This document shows, one piece after another, positions 11,459 through 21,650 of a stretch of 55,739 nucleotides of DNA. The translations under genes and the position numbers were made by a program. The number at the start of each line of letters is the position of its first letter. The first letter of the stretch is position 1. The notes under the pieces were generated by a model. It was not told the DNA's origin. It was given only the letters and a program-made list of their open reading frames with translations, and searched no databases. Source of the DNA: Escherichia phage vB_EcoS-683R6; the sequence record ON470595. One strand, given 5' to 3'.

Positions 11459-11580
11459 GCAGGTGAATGCAACGTCAAGCGATGGGCGTTGCGCTCCATA
11501 TTGTCTTACTTCCTTTTTTGAATTACTGCATAGCACAATTGATTCGTACGACGCCGACTTTGATGAGTCGGCTTTTTTTT
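11459..11580 (+). ncRNA. fnrS: FNR-regulated small RNA FnrS
   Basis: Sequence GCAGGTGAATGCAACGTCAAGCGATGGGCGTTGCGCTCCATATTGTC...GCCGACTTTGATGAGTCGGCTTTTTTTT matches remembered FnrS; ends in hairpin plus T8; between zntB and dbpA. Confidence 0.8.
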
Positions 11581-11840
11581 GCCTGTTATTTATCAGCGTC
11601 TACCCTTTAAGAGTCCACCCAATGACCGGAGGGAAATATGACGACACTTATTTATTTGCAAATTCCTGTCCCTGAACCGATTCCTGGCGATCCTGTTCCA
11701 GTGCCCGATCCGATCCCTCGTCCGCAACCCATGCCTGACCCACCACCCGATGAAGAACCGATTAAATTGTCGCATCGTGAGCGTAGATCTGCGAGGATAC
11801 GCGCCTGCTAACTTTGCGTCGATGACCACGAGAATAGATT

Positions 11841-13214
11841 GTGACCGCTTTTTCTACCCTGAATGTTTTGCCTCCCGCCCAACTCACGAACCTTAATGAG
11901 TTGGGTTATTTAACTATGACGCCGGTGCAGGCCGCCGCGCTTCCGGCGATCCTTGCCGGAAAAGATGTTCGCGTGCAGGCGAAAACCGGCAGCGGCAAAA
12001 CGGCGGCTTTTGGCCTCGGCTTGTTACAGCAAATTGATGCGTCGCTATTTCAAACCCAGGCTTTAGTGCTGTGTCCTACGCGTGAACTGGCGGATCAGGT
12101 GGCAGGTGAATTGCGTCGGTTGGCGCGTTTTCTGCCAAATACCAAAATTTTGACGTTGTGCGGTGGTCAACCGTTCGGTATGCAGCGTGATTCGTTGCAA
12201 CATGCGCCGCATATTATCGTGGCAACGCCGGGCCGTTTGTTGGATCATCTGCAAAAAGGCACGGTATCACTGGATGCGTTGAATACGCTGGTGATGGATG
12301 AGGCCGACCGCATGCTGGATATGGGATTTAGCGACGCCATTGATGATGTCATCCGTTTTGCGCCAGCATCTCGACAGACGCTTCTGTTTTCGGCAACCTG
12401 GCCGGAAGCCATCGCCGCAATCAGCGGACGAGTGCAACGCGATCCTTTAGCGATTGAAATTGACTCAACAGATGCTCTGCCACCTATTGAACAACAATTT
12501 TATGAGACATCCAGCAAAGGCAAAATTCCGTTGTTGCAACGGTTATTAAGTTTGCATCAGCCATCCTCTTGCGTGGTGTTTTGCAATACCAAAAAAGATT
12601 GCCAGGCTGTCTGCGACGCGCTGAATGAAGTAGGGCAAAGTGCATTGTCGTTACACGGCGATCTGGAGCAACGTGATCGCGATCAGACCCTGGTACGTTT
12701 TGCTAACGGTAGCGCCCGTGTACTGGTTGCGACTGATGTTGCTGCGCGAGGTCTGGATATTAAATCGCTTGAGCTGGTGGTGAACTTTGAGCTGGCGTGG
12801 GATCCTGAAGTTCATGTGCATCGCATCGGTCGTACAGCGCGTGCAGGAAATAGCGGTCTGGCGATCAGTTTCTGTGCCCCGGAAGAAGCACAGCGGGCCA
12901 ATATCATTTCTGACATGTTGCAGATAAAACTTAACTGGCAAACGCCGCCAGTTAATAGTTCTATTGTGCCGCTGGAAACCGAAATGGCAACGTTATGTAT
13001 CGATGGCGGGAAAAAAGCCAAAATGCGCCCGGGTGATGTATTAGGTGCGCTGACAGGAGATATCGGGCTTGATGGCGCAGATATTGGCAAAATCGCCGTG
13101 CATCCGGCGCATGTCTATGTCGCGGTGCGTCAGGCTGTTGCTCATAAAGCATGGAAACAGTTACAGGGCGGGAGGATTAAAGGAAAAACGTGCCGGGTGC
13201 GGTTATTAAAATAA
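11841..13214 (+). CDS. dbpA: ATP-dependent 23S rRNA-specific DEAD-box RNA helicase DbpA
   Basis: 457-aa ORF, GTG start; motifs AKTGSGKT (Walker A), DEAD (VMDEADRMLD), SAT, HRIGRTAR. Confidence 0.9.
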   Translation: MTAFSTLNVLPPAQLTNLNELGYLTMTPVQAAALPAILAGKDVRVQAKTGSGKTAAFGLGLLQQIDASLFQTQALVLCPTRELADQVAGELRRLARFLPNTKILTLCGGQPFGMQRDSLQHAPHIIVATPGRLLDHLQKGTVSLDALNTLVMDEADRMLDMGFSDAIDDVIRFAPASRQTLLFSATWPEAIAAISGRVQRDPLAIEIDSTDALPPIEQQFYETSSKGKIPLLQRLLSLHQPSSCVVFCNTKKDCQAVCDALNEVGQSALSLHGDLEQRDRDQTLVRFANGSARVLVATDVAARGLDIKSLELVVNFELAWDPEVHVHRIGRTARAGNSGLAISFCAPEEAQRANIISDMLQIKLNWQTPPVNSSIVPLETEMATLCIDGGKKAKMRPGDVLGALTGDIGLDGADIGKIAVHPAHVYVAVRQAVAHKAWKQLQGGRIKGKTCRVRLLK

Positions 13215-13249
13215 TGAAATGTTGAATTGCCGGGTGCAAGAGTAAACAT

Positions 13250-13335
13250 CTTCTTCGGCATTGCCGGATGTGTCGCTGACCGCGTCTTATCCGGCCTCCA
13301 TAAGAGTAGCCCGATACGCTTACGCATCGGGCGCT
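13250..13335. repeat. REP-like palindromic units in the dbpA-ttcA intergenic region
   Basis: TGCCGGATGTGTCGCTGACCGCGTCTTATCCGGCC resembles the REP consensus (GCCGGATG...CTTATCCGGCC); a second palindrome GCCCGATACGCTTACGCATCGGGC follows. Confidence 0.5.
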
Positions 13336-13342
13336 ATCCGGG

Positions 13343-14278
13343 TTATTTCACTTCAACCACATTCAGCCGTAACTCATCCAACTGATTTTCATCTTCTTCA
13401 GGCTGCCAACCTGCCGGTTGTAGAGGGATCTCTTCGCGATCAAACGCCAGATCACCCCCGTTAACCACTTCAGAACCGTGGGTAATGCCTTTGAAATCGA
13501 ACAGGTTGGTATCGCACAGATGCGACGGCACCACATTCTGCATCGCGCTGAACATCGTCTCGATACGCCCCGGATAACGTTTATCCCAGTCACGCAACAT
13601 GTCAGCAATCACCTGACGTTGCAGGTTAGGCTGTGAACCGCACAGGTTGCACGGAATAATCGGGAACGCTTTTGCATCGGCAAAGCGCTGAATATCTTTC
13701 TCGCGGCAGTAGGCCAGCGGGCGAATCACGATATGTTTGCCATCATCGCTCATCAGTTTCGGAGGCATACCTTTCATCTTGCCGCCGTAGAACATATTTA
13801 AGAACAACGTTTGCAGGATATCGTCACGATGGTGACCCAGCGCGATCTTCGTCGCTCCCAGTTCCGTTGCGGTACGATAAAGGATACCGCGACGAAGACG
13901 AGAACACAGTGAGCAAGTGGTTTTGCCCTCCGGAATCTTCTCTTTCACGATACCGTAAGTGTTCTCTTCAACAATCTTGTACTCAACGCCCAGCTTTTCA
14001 AGATACTCGGGCAGAACGTGTTCCGGGAAGCCCGGTTGCTTTTGATCGAGGTTAACAGCCACCAGCGAAAAATTGATTGGCGCGCTTTGCTGCAAATTGC
14101 GCAGAATTTCCAGCATGGTATAGCTGTCTTTACCCCCGGAGAGGCAAACCATGATGCGATCGCCTTCTTCAATCATATTGAAGTCAGCAATGGCTTCGCC
14201 CACGTTACGACGCAGACGTTTTTGTAATTTGTTCAGGTTGTATTGTTCTTTCTTTGTAATTTGTTGATTTTCTTTCAT
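13343..14278 (-). CDS. ttcA: tRNA 2-thiocytidine(32) synthetase TtcA
   Basis: 311-aa ORF; PP-loop SGGKDS and CxxC motifs ([17 protein letters not shown]). Confidence 0.9.
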   Translation of the reverse strand: MKENQQITKKEQYNLNKLQKRLRRNVGEAIADFNMIEEGDRIMVCLSGGKDSYTMLEILRNLQQSAPINFSLVAVNLDQKQPGFPEHVLPEYLEKLGVEYKIVEENTYGIVKEKIPEGKTTCSLCSRLRRGILYRTATELGATKIALGHHRDDILQTLFLNMFYGGKMKGMPPKLMSDDGKHIVIRPLAYCREKDIQRFADAKAFPIIPCNLCGSQPNLQRQVIADMLRDWDKRYPGRIETMFSAMQNVVPSHLCDTNLFDFKGITHGSEVVNGGDLAFDREEIPLQPAGWQPEEDENQLDELRLNVVEVK

Positions 14279-14329
14279 TATTTCAGTTCTCTGGTACTAA
14301 ATGGGGCAAATTGGGGGCAAACTTTGCAA

Positions 14330-15565
14330 CTACGATAACCGCGCATTCAACATGGCTACCTGTTCGTCGTTCATGTCATCAATCCACATACCGTAAATTT
14401 CATACACCATCTGCGCAGTTTCATGCCCCATCTGGCTGGCTATAAACGCCGGGTTCGCTCCTGCCGTCAACAGCCAGCAGGCAAAAGTATGCCGCGTATG
14501 GTACGGATTACGGCGGCGAATACCAGCACGTTTTACTGCTGCATTCCATCTCGCACCCAAACTGCTTACCGAGTAATAAGGTTTCTGTTTTCCGTTACAC
14601 ACTCTGGGCATGAAAACAAAATGCAGTTTTTGCTTTTCGGTTCTGCCGTACTCCCGATGATAAAAAGTGATTTCGCTTTTGCGATGATGCCCGGTCAGTT
14701 TGTATTGCTCCTTCAGTGCTTCAAGAGCAGGCTGCAGTAGTGTTACTGTCCGGATCCCGGCATTTGTTTTTGGGGGACCGAACATATCAAGTATCGTCAG
14801 GTTTCTTCTGACATTCACTATTCCCTTTTCGAGATCCACATCCTCCCACGCCAGAGCTGCCAGTTCCCCGTGACGAAGTCCTGAGTAAACGGCAAATTTC
14901 CACAAGTTCTGGCTCTGTCCTTTTTCACTTTCCATTAATGCATTGAATTCTGTTTTAGATAACGGATCAGGCTTTATTCTGTTTCGCTGTAATTTTTTTA
15001 CTCCTTCAAATGGTTTGGTTGATATAAATCCCGACTGATACGCAAAACGCAACAGCGAACAGAGCAGGGCGATATAGTTATCAACTGTGCGCACGGTTCT
15101 TCCTTTTTTGTTGGATCTTGGATTATCCAGGTAAAGCGTTTCTCCATGCAGCAGTTCATTCCGGTAGATTAAGATATCGCTATAACGAATATGTGATATC
15201 GGGGTACTTTCACAAATTATTATTCTGAGTGTTTTTAATTGTGATTTCGTTTTCTTCATTGTGTTTGTTGTTAACTCTGTCTCTTTAATTTTTGTCCAGA
15301 TATCACAAAGTTCTCCGAACGTTTTTATGACTCTCGTTGTCACCATTTTTGCCCCAGTGCTGGACTGGGGAAAACGTCTTAAATACTCAAATTCACCGGA
15401 GTTTATTTCATGAACTATCAGCGATCTTAAATTTCCGGCCTTTTTAATATTACTGTTTGTAATCTCCCAGCCTTTTAATGTTTCCCGACATCGTTTTCCT
15501 CGAAACATGAACCAGATGCGAATGTATCTACCTCTAATCTCGACACCTGTTGGTAATTTAGACAT
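14330..15565 (-). CDS. intR: tyrosine-type site-specific integrase (Rac IntR-like)
   Basis: 411-aa ORF; C-terminal tyrosine-recombinase catalytic region (..HTRHTFACWLLTAGANPAFIASQMGHETAQMVYEIYG); adjacent to ttcA. Confidence 0.9.
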   Translation of the reverse strand: MSKLPTGVEIRGRYIRIWFMFRGKRCRETLKGWEITNSNIKKAGNLRSLIVHEINSGEFEYLRRFPQSSTGAKMVTTRVIKTFGELCDIWTKIKETELTTNTMKKTKSQLKTLRIIICESTPISHIRYSDILIYRNELLHGETLYLDNPRSNKKGRTVRTVDNYIALLCSLLRFAYQSGFISTKPFEGVKKLQRNRIKPDPLSKTEFNALMESEKGQSQNLWKFAVYSGLRHGELAALAWEDVDLEKGIVNVRRNLTILDMFGPPKTNAGIRTVTLLQPALEALKEQYKLTGHHRKSEITFYHREYGRTEKQKLHFVFMPRVCNGKQKPYYSVSSLGARWNAAVKRAGIRRRNPYHTRHTFACWLLTAGANPAFIASQMGHETAQMVYEIYGMWIDDMNDEQVAMLNARLS

Positions 15566-15566
15566 A

Positions 15567-15782
15567 TCATGAGTCTTTGATAAACTGATTTATCTTTGGA
15601 TAGTTGTACCAGATAATCCCTCGCTTACTGTCTGGCTTCCCTAAAGGAGATACTCGTTTGAAGTGGAAGCCTTCCACCCAACAGTTCTGGCGGTATGCTT
15701 CAATTTGTCTGGCCCCCAGACCAGTGCGAAGCATCAGGCCGTATTCAACCATCCACTCTTCATTAAAGATTACTTGTGCCAT
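15567..15782 (-). CDS. xisR: excisionase-like protein (YdaQ/XisR-like)
   Basis: [44 protein letters not shown]...; immediately upstream of int; an upstream in-frame start at 15806 is also possible. Confidence 0.75.
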   Translation of the reverse strand: MAQVIFNEEWMVEYGLMLRTGLGARQIEAYRQNCWVEGFHFKRVSPLGKPDSKRGIIWYNYPKINQFIKDS

Positions 15783-15881
15783 CGCATCACCTCTGGCAGG
15801 CGCCAATGTTAGACTGAAATTGACGCCCGATGTTGATTATTAATAATCAGCTATGAAGTTTTAATTTGAATACAATGCAAT

Positions 15882-16142
15882 TCACGAGGACTGAAGTCTC
15901 TCGCAATTAAAATTTATCAGTTTTACTTTCTGCTCTCTGGAAACGGCTGCTTCTTTTTTACCTGAGAGCATTTTTTCGCATTCTGATTTCGTTAGTTTAG
16001 ATTTTGAATATCTTGTCCAGTTAGTAGGAGTGCCACCTTCCTTTTCAATAGTGGCGGTAATTTTATACATGAACACCTCCATTATTATTTCCAGTGGTTC
16101 GTTTATTCCATCTTTCGAGTGCTTCTTTTTCACTTCCACCAT
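15882..16142 (-). CDS. ydaC: Rac prophage protein YdaC-like (DUF1187)
   Basis: 86-aa ORF containing ..MYKITATIEKEGGTPTNWTRYSKSKLTKSECEKMLSGKKEAAVSREQKVKLINF; true start probably internal. Confidence 0.55.
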   Translation of the reverse strand: MVEVKKKHSKDGINEPLEIIMEVFMYKITATIEKEGGTPTNWTRYSKSKLTKSECEKMLSGKKEAAVSREQKVKLINFNCERLQSS

Positions 16143-16257
16143 AACCGGTTCGGGATTCGCATCCGTTACACTTCGCTCGGTAATATCCTGAAATGGCTTT
16201 CACCGTTACTGATGGACAACCACAAAATGGACATGGTTTAACATTGTCATATCTCAT
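16063..16257 (-). CDS. ralR: restriction alleviation protein RalR (Lar)
   Basis: MRYDNVKPCPFCGCPSVTVKAISGYYRAKCNGCESRTGYGGSEKEALERWNKRTTG; Cys4 zinc-ribbon; overlaps ydaC in another frame. Confidence 0.8.
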   Translation of the reverse strand: MRYDNVKPCPFCGCPSVTVKAISGYYRAKCNGCESRTGYGGSEKEALERWNKRTTGNNNGGVHV

Positions 16258-16313
16258 AATTTTTCTCATAAAAAATATTTCAAGTTGGCGGTGCATTACA
16301 CCGCCAGACTGAA

Positions 16314-17123
16314 TTATTCCTCTGAATTATCGATTACACTGTATTCCCCGGTTAATACAGAGGAATCTGCAGGATCGATTGTCAGTGGTTCCTTTTCATC
16401 CATTGATACTGCACGCTGGATCTCAATTGATACGGGCAGATATTTGAACAGGCGACGAATAGCTGTTTTCTTTGCCATTTCTTCCCAGTGAGTTACCCAC
16501 GGCCCGTTATTACCAGCTTTACTCTGGCTGCGCACCAGCTCAATCTGTCTGCGCGTCATAACTTCAAACTGAGTACCTCCGTCTTTCAGTCTTGCGACAG
16601 CATAGACGTGGGTAACCGGGGCATCTTCGTTTTCTCCTGGGCGGTGTATTAACTTTTCATCAAGGCCAAATTCGAAATTAAATTCGTCACCTTCACGGAC
16701 AACACGGGCTGACAGGCTGGCGATTTGACCTGAACGGCGAGCCAGATCAATCATGCCGCGATAGCCAATGATTAGCTGAACGTTTTTTTTACCGCTCTTT
16801 TCGTTTTTATTACCAAAAGGCAGTAAATATGCATGACCGAGGGCGCTACCTGGCTCAAGTCCGAGCTGTGAACACTGTACGATTGCACTGACAAAACTCA
16901 TAGTGTCACAGTTTCCTAACGCCGGAACTTTACGAATTTCTGTGGTGGCGATACGGATCATACGTTCAGCCGTCATATGGCGTGGAAGAGCTGCTGCCAG
17001 TTGCTCTTTCATTGATGGCTGGTTAATAAAACTAATCACGTCGTTATTTTTAATTGCTGCTGGTGCACGGTTTTCCTGAGTTTTTTGCAGATCGGCTTTT
17101 GCGATTGGTGGTTGCTTAGTCAT
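16314..17123 (-). CDS. recT: recombinase RecT (single-strand annealing protein)
   Basis: [65 protein letters not shown]... matches remembered RecT; start overlaps the recE stop. Confidence 0.9.
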   Translation of the reverse strand: MTKQPPIAKADLQKTQENRAPAAIKNNDVISFINQPSMKEQLAAALPRHMTAERMIRIATTEIRKVPALGNCDTMSFVSAIVQCSQLGLEPGSALGHAYLLPFGNKNEKSGKKNVQLIIGYRGMIDLARRSGQIASLSARVVREGDEFNFEFGLDEKLIHRPGENEDAPVTHVYAVARLKDGGTQFEVMTRRQIELVRSQSKAGNNGPWVTHWEEMAKKTAIRRLFKYLPVSIEIQRAVSMDEKEPLTIDPADSSVLTGEYSVIDNSEE

Positions 17124-19781
17124 TTGCATATTCCTTAGCCCAGCGGGGCAGTGATAACGTCTTAATAGCTGGCCATTCATCGGTATTGAGGCAGTCAGCC
17201 AGGGTTCGCAGATTGCGGTGATATTCCAGCTGACCTGCTAGTTTTGCTTCTTCGCCCATCATGAAAATTTCAACCGGATAACGTCCGCATTCAATAGTTG
17301 TGCTGGCAACCAGAAAAACGAAAGTTGGCTGCACTCCAAACTGTGCTTCATAACCGTCACTGTAGAATGCATCCTGAACGTGATAGCGGTAGTCGTAATA
17401 AGCGGTTTTGAATCGTTGAATATCCGCCGTAGTTTTCACGTCCATGATCCAGTGAAATTCAGGGATAATTTTGTCCGGACGGCACCGACACAAAATTCCT
17501 GTTTCAGGATCTTCCCAGTAAATTGATGATTCAGCGTGTCCGGCGCTTTCAACAAGCCATTGCCCCAGCGGCAAAGCCATAACGCTTTGATACATCAGTT
17601 CAATTTTCCGGCCTTCTTCCGCAGTGATAACCATTTTTCCTGTGCTTGCGCATTCCATCAGAAACGCTTTCTCTTCTTCTTTTCCGGCGTTTGTACGGCG
17701 GTTAAATTCAGGTGCTACGATAAAGCGGTTACTGAATTCTTCCGGTTCAAGTACCCGGCAGTGGAAAGCGGTTCCTAAATCGAGCGTTTTTGTCTTTGTG
17801 GTGTCCACGGGGGCATTTTTACGCCACAAATACAGTGCCGGAGTATCAGCAATGTCATCGAGCTGAGACTTACTGACACCGGGACCTGCGTGGTAATTCT
17901 CATTCGAAATTCCGTAATAAATACCTGGCTCTATGTCTTCTACGATTACGGGATCTGCGACTTCGCCAGTTTCATCACTGCAATCGCGATGCGGATCGCT
18001 GCCAGCATTCTCATTGTGCGGATGTTCAGCGCCTTCCATTTCCTCCGGATCATTTTCCTTAGCTTCAACCTGATTCTCTTCATCGAATGTTTCCTGGTTT
18101 GTTGCGTCGCCCATCACCGCACCACAGTCAGGGCAGTTATCCCCGCCAGTCTGGCCGCAGGCATTNNNNNNNNNNNNNNNNNNNNNNNTTCCGGTTCCTG
18201 TTGCACTACTGGCTCAGGTTGTTTCATATCCGGGCTGGTTTTTTCCGTTTCTGGCTGGTTCTGGTACACAGAATCGCGAGTCTGGATCCCCTTAACCCAT
18301 TTCGGATCGTTCGGGTCGCTAATTCCGTCAACAAATTCACCACGTGATGCAGCAAGCAATTTATCGGCATCGACAGGATTTTTTGATGGAATGTTTTTCC
18401 GAGCTTCATGGAGTTCTGCCCGCAGTTCCTGATATTTCGCATCAACAGAATTTACCTGTGACTGAGCATCCAGCGGCTGCGTGTCCTGATGATGTTTAGT
18501 TGCGTCCGGTTCCATTGTTTCAGCCTCTCCCTGTTCATCTGCCGTTGTTCCAGATGGTTGCAGTTTTTCTTCATCATCCTGTTTTCCTTCTTCTGTTACT
18601 CGCTGCGGCATCGGGGCAGAGGAGCGACCGCAGGCAATATCCACGATTTCCGGATCAGGGTTGGCATGATCGGTTTCAGTCAGTACTTTGTTCAGATATG
18701 CAGTGACGTGAGCGGGGATGACCTCGATCCCAATTGGTGCTTCTTTCACGGACGCAACCACGATGGCGCGGGAATAATCCAGCCCGCCAGGCATGGTGAT
18801 GAATTTGTCGCGGAAAACAGAAAAGGGCGGTTTATTTTCAGCGATAATTTCCTCAATGCGTTTAGCGTGTGCCGGATGAAGGTTATAGATGTCCACGTCC
18901 ATTGAACGGGCCAGTACGCCAGTGGCTATATCGCGCGCCAGTGACGTCAGATCGTGGACGAAACCTTCGCCGCGATCTGTGAGGTTCCCGCCGCCAGCAT
19001 TAGCACCGGAAGCCGTGCGAGTGATGCGTGAAACACGATTCCCTTTTCGCCATTCTTTTGTCAGAAGACCGCGATCAATGTGTTCGGTATCCAGCCAGGC
19101 TGAAATGAAATTCTTAAATTCATAGGGCTGATGTTTTTTAGTGATAGAGAAAACTGCCTTAATTGCATCAGTCAGGCGGAGCAGGGCGGCATTATCCAGA
19201 GTTGTCGGTTCTGCCATGCCGCGTATGGCCAACAGCAGATTCTGGACATAGCTGTTTTCCTGATCCATCTCAAGAGCAGTAATGTGTTCGCGTTGTTCTC
19301 GGGTGGCATGATGCAGGTATTTCCGATCCCCGGCCGCATACGTAAAAATGTGCAGAAGACGCTGTGTGAACCGCAAAGTGGCTACAGAGACTTCGCAATC
19401 CTGGCAATCCTCGTGGGCGTCTGCCTGCGCGTTTTCTTCCTGGCCTCCCGCCAGTTCGTTGGTTTCTTGAGCATTATCCTGGTGGTGAACGTCGTCTGGC
19501 GCTGCTCCCGGTTTTAGTTCCCATGTCATGGAGTCTTTGCTGAGTTGATAGCGTTCACTCCAGGTAAAATCGATCTCACCTTCAGGGGGAAGGTCATTAA
19601 CGACAGGAAAATTTGTGGCAACAGCTTTAAAATAGTTGCTCAGTTTTTTACCTGACTTAACGATCAGGTAGTCCAGAGTGGCACAGGTCGATTCAAAATC
19701 GTCGCTTGCCCACAGGACGACGTCAGGTTCACCGGATGATTTTTTCGCTTTCCGTAACAGGAAGAGTGGTTTTGTGCTCAT
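17116..19781 (-). CDS. recE: exodeoxyribonuclease VIII RecE; appears as a 555-aa and a 333-aa ORF joined at an ATGA overlap next to the 23-nt N run (18166-18188)
   Basis: C-terminal 333-aa ORF carries the exonuclease region (..[31 protein letters not shown]..); the acidic N-terminal 555-aa ORF ends 15 codons after the N run; span length is not a multiple of 3. Confidence 0.75.
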
Positions 19782-19882
19782 TGTTTTTTAACCTCAACTC
19801 AGATTAAAATTCGTTTTGTTCAGTGAATGATCTTGCCGGATACACACTGTTCATAGCCTGCGCCATACGCAGGCTATTTCTT

Positions 19883-20158
19883 TCAGATTTCACCTTTTAA
19901 TTTCATTGCAATTAGAGTTGCCAGAAATTCGGCTTTTTTTTCTGCGGGCAGATTCTTTCCGGTATGCACCAGGCACATTTTTTTGACACCTTCGTGAAGT
20001 GTTTTAACGTTGCCTGATGGACCGTCGATATCAACCACAGTGAATGGGGTTTCTTTATTTTCTGTTTTAATCACGTAGCCAATACGCTTTCCTTCCAGAT
20101 TAACCTCGTGAACAATGTCATCAGTAGTTACAACAGTGGCTTCATAACTGGTAATCAT
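19883..20158 (-). CDS. racC: Rac prophage protein RacC
   Basis: MITSYEATVVTTDDIVHEVNLEGKRIGYVIKTENKETPFTVVDIDGPSG... (91 aa from internal Met; frame open to 20206). Confidence 0.8.
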   Translation of the reverse strand: MITSYEATVVTTDDIVHEVNLEGKRIGYVIKTENKETPFTVVDIDGPSGNVKTLHEGVKKMCLVHTGKNLPAEKKAEFLATLIAMKLKGEI

Positions 20159-20232
20159 GTTTTTCTCCTTAATTAAGGTTGAGCGAATCCCTGCCATTGC
20201 TGGCATAAATTCAGTTTCGCATAGTCAGTTAA

Positions 20233-20403
20233 TTAAAGTTCGTGTGCCATCTGGTCTTTTTCGGCACAACTTTCACTACAATATTTTTTCATTTCCGTCG
20301 TTTGGATAACTCCACGCATGAAATGAAGTGGTCTTTTGATACTTTTGCTTTCTTCAATTTCTTTATTGCAAAGGTGGTAAGCACATTTTATTTTCTTAGT
20401 CAT
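20233..20403 (-). CDS. ydaE: small Cys-rich protein YdaE
   Basis: Hand translation of reverse strand: M(VM)TKKIKCAYHLCNKEIEESKSIKRPLHFMRGVIQTTEMKKYCSESCAEKDQMAHEL; about 56 aa, below the ORF-track cutoff; start overlaps the kilR stop. Confidence 0.6.
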   Translation of the reverse strand: MTKKIKCAYHLCNKEIEESKSIKRPLHFMRGVIQTTEMKKYCSESCAEKDQMAHEL

Positions 20404-20624
20404 CACCATGACTCCGCCTTTACAGGTAAACCATTACGACCGAGGAAGACTTTAATCATGCAGTCAGTAATGCATGTTTTTGTGGTCAGGTTACGAATAT
20501 AAAGTTTTCGCTTTTTAATATTGTTTGCCGAGGCAATATATGTCCGGCCTTCATGAAGAACATAGTCACCAGGAGTCACACACTGACGTGGTATTTCATC
20601 AGTTCCGAAGTGATGTGCAATCAT
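20403..20624 (-). CDS. kilR: killing protein KilR (FtsZ inhibitor)
   Basis: [73 protein letters not shown] matches remembered KilR (73 aa). Confidence 0.85.
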   Translation of the reverse strand: MIAHHFGTDEIPRQCVTPGDYVLHEGRTYIASANNIKKRKLYIRNLTTKTCITDCMIKVFLGRNGLPVKAESW

Positions 20625-20804
20625 AATTATCTCCATTTTTACAAATGAACTTTGTTGATGCGGTGCCTGGTGCCTCCAGGTGACTGCAACCAGTTAACAA
20701 TTACAGTCGGCTTTCCCACCCAAACCAATAAGGACTAACATGACTTTTAACTGTGCCGCGTGCGCTTAGCCGCATTCACCGCATCACAAAATTCACTTTA
20801 AAAA

Positions 20805-20850
20805 GGGCGGGCATCAGTCGAACTTCAAGAAAAAACTGATGCCGCCAAGA
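20805..20850 (-). terminator. hairpin (GGCGGCATCAGT...ACTGATGCCCGCC) followed by CTTTTT on the reverse strand; possible leftward-operon terminator (tL-like)
   Basis: 12-bp near-perfect inverted repeat with 15-nt loop and downstream U-tract on the minus strand, between ydaF and kilR. Confidence 0.35.
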
Positions 20851-21044
20851 CTACACATAGCAGTGTTGTTATCCACAACCGGAGGCGCACTCCCACCATT
20901 TAAATTTAACAGACAAGACCGACTCTTTATGGATATCGGAAATGCGCCTTCGTGTTGTGCCCGGTTTTATTTCACCACCTCCGGGCTTTGGTGGTTTCTG
21001 CTATACCCCTACAGCGAGAATATTGAATTAATCCAAATAATGGA

Positions 21045-21197
21045 TTAGCAAGTATTTCTGGCAAGCCAGCGACGTGCGCCTGTTTCTGTTTTAAATGTTT
21101 TGCTTTTGGTATACGTCATAGCAGTGAACGTTCCATCTTGGTTAGGGAACACGCCGCACACCATGGATTCGTTATTGCCGAGGTCGATTTTTTGCAT
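21045..21197 (-). CDS. ydaF: small protein YdaF
   Basis: Hand translation: MQKIDLGNNESMVCGVFPNQDGTFTAMTYTKSKTFKTETGARRWLARNTC (50 aa), below the ORF-track cutoff. Confidence 0.6.
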   Translation of the reverse strand: MQKIDLGNNESMVCGVFPNQDGTFTAMTYTKSKTFKTETGARRWLARNTC

Positions 21198-21207
21198 TTT
21201 TCGCACC

Positions 21208-21342
21208 TCACATCTTGTTGTTGCGGATAGAGGCTTCTGCTTGCCAGAGATCCCAGTCGTTGCTACGTAAAGCCTGCACAGCCTGGCTGTAAGTGATACC
21301 GCAACAATCCATCAAATACTGAACTACTTCGTAATGCACCAT
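21208..21342 (-). CDS. ydaG: small protein YdaG
   Basis: Hand translation: MVHYEVVQYLMDCCGITYSQAVQALRSNDWDLWQAEASIRNNKM (44 aa). Confidence 0.55.
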   Translation of the reverse strand: MVHYEVVQYLMDCCGITYSQAVQALRSNDWDLWQAEASIRNNKM

Positions 21343-21504
21343 CTTATCTCTCCCCTTAACGCCGGGTGGCGGAACTAACTGCTGCACTGCAAAATTTGAA
21401 TCCCGCCGTCATGTTCATACGCCTCGGGCTGGCTACTTAACCCCTGACCACTGCCTGGTAACTCGAAGTATTGCCTGGCGTTCTGTGGGGCGGGGTGGGT
21501 GGTA

Positions 21505-21560
21505 TGCTGGAACTATAGGTAATGCCTAATTGATTGTCAATAGGCTATGCCTAATGTTTT
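21505..21560. promoter_or_regulatory. operator-like palindromic repeats (TAGGTAATGCCTAAT / CAATAGGCTATGCCTAATG) downstream of racR; OL-like
   Basis: Shares the ATTAGGC-N-GCCTAAT half-site motif with the racR-ydaS intergenic sites, in inverted orientation. Confidence 0.45.
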
Positions 21561-21650
21561 AAGCGTAACCTAATAGGTGATGGCGACTGGAGAAAGTGAT
21601 GGGGGGGTTAAATAACGGAATCCAGGAGTTTTCCGTCAGACCATATAAGT

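Noticed and set aside
17890-18432. 180-aa forward ORF spanning the N run inside recE
   Set aside because: Antisense to recE and includes masked bases; low-complexity translation.
20839-21048. 69-aa forward ORF considered as sieB
   Set aside because: Too short for SieB as I recall it and no recognisable motif; kept only as a possible remnant (see finding).
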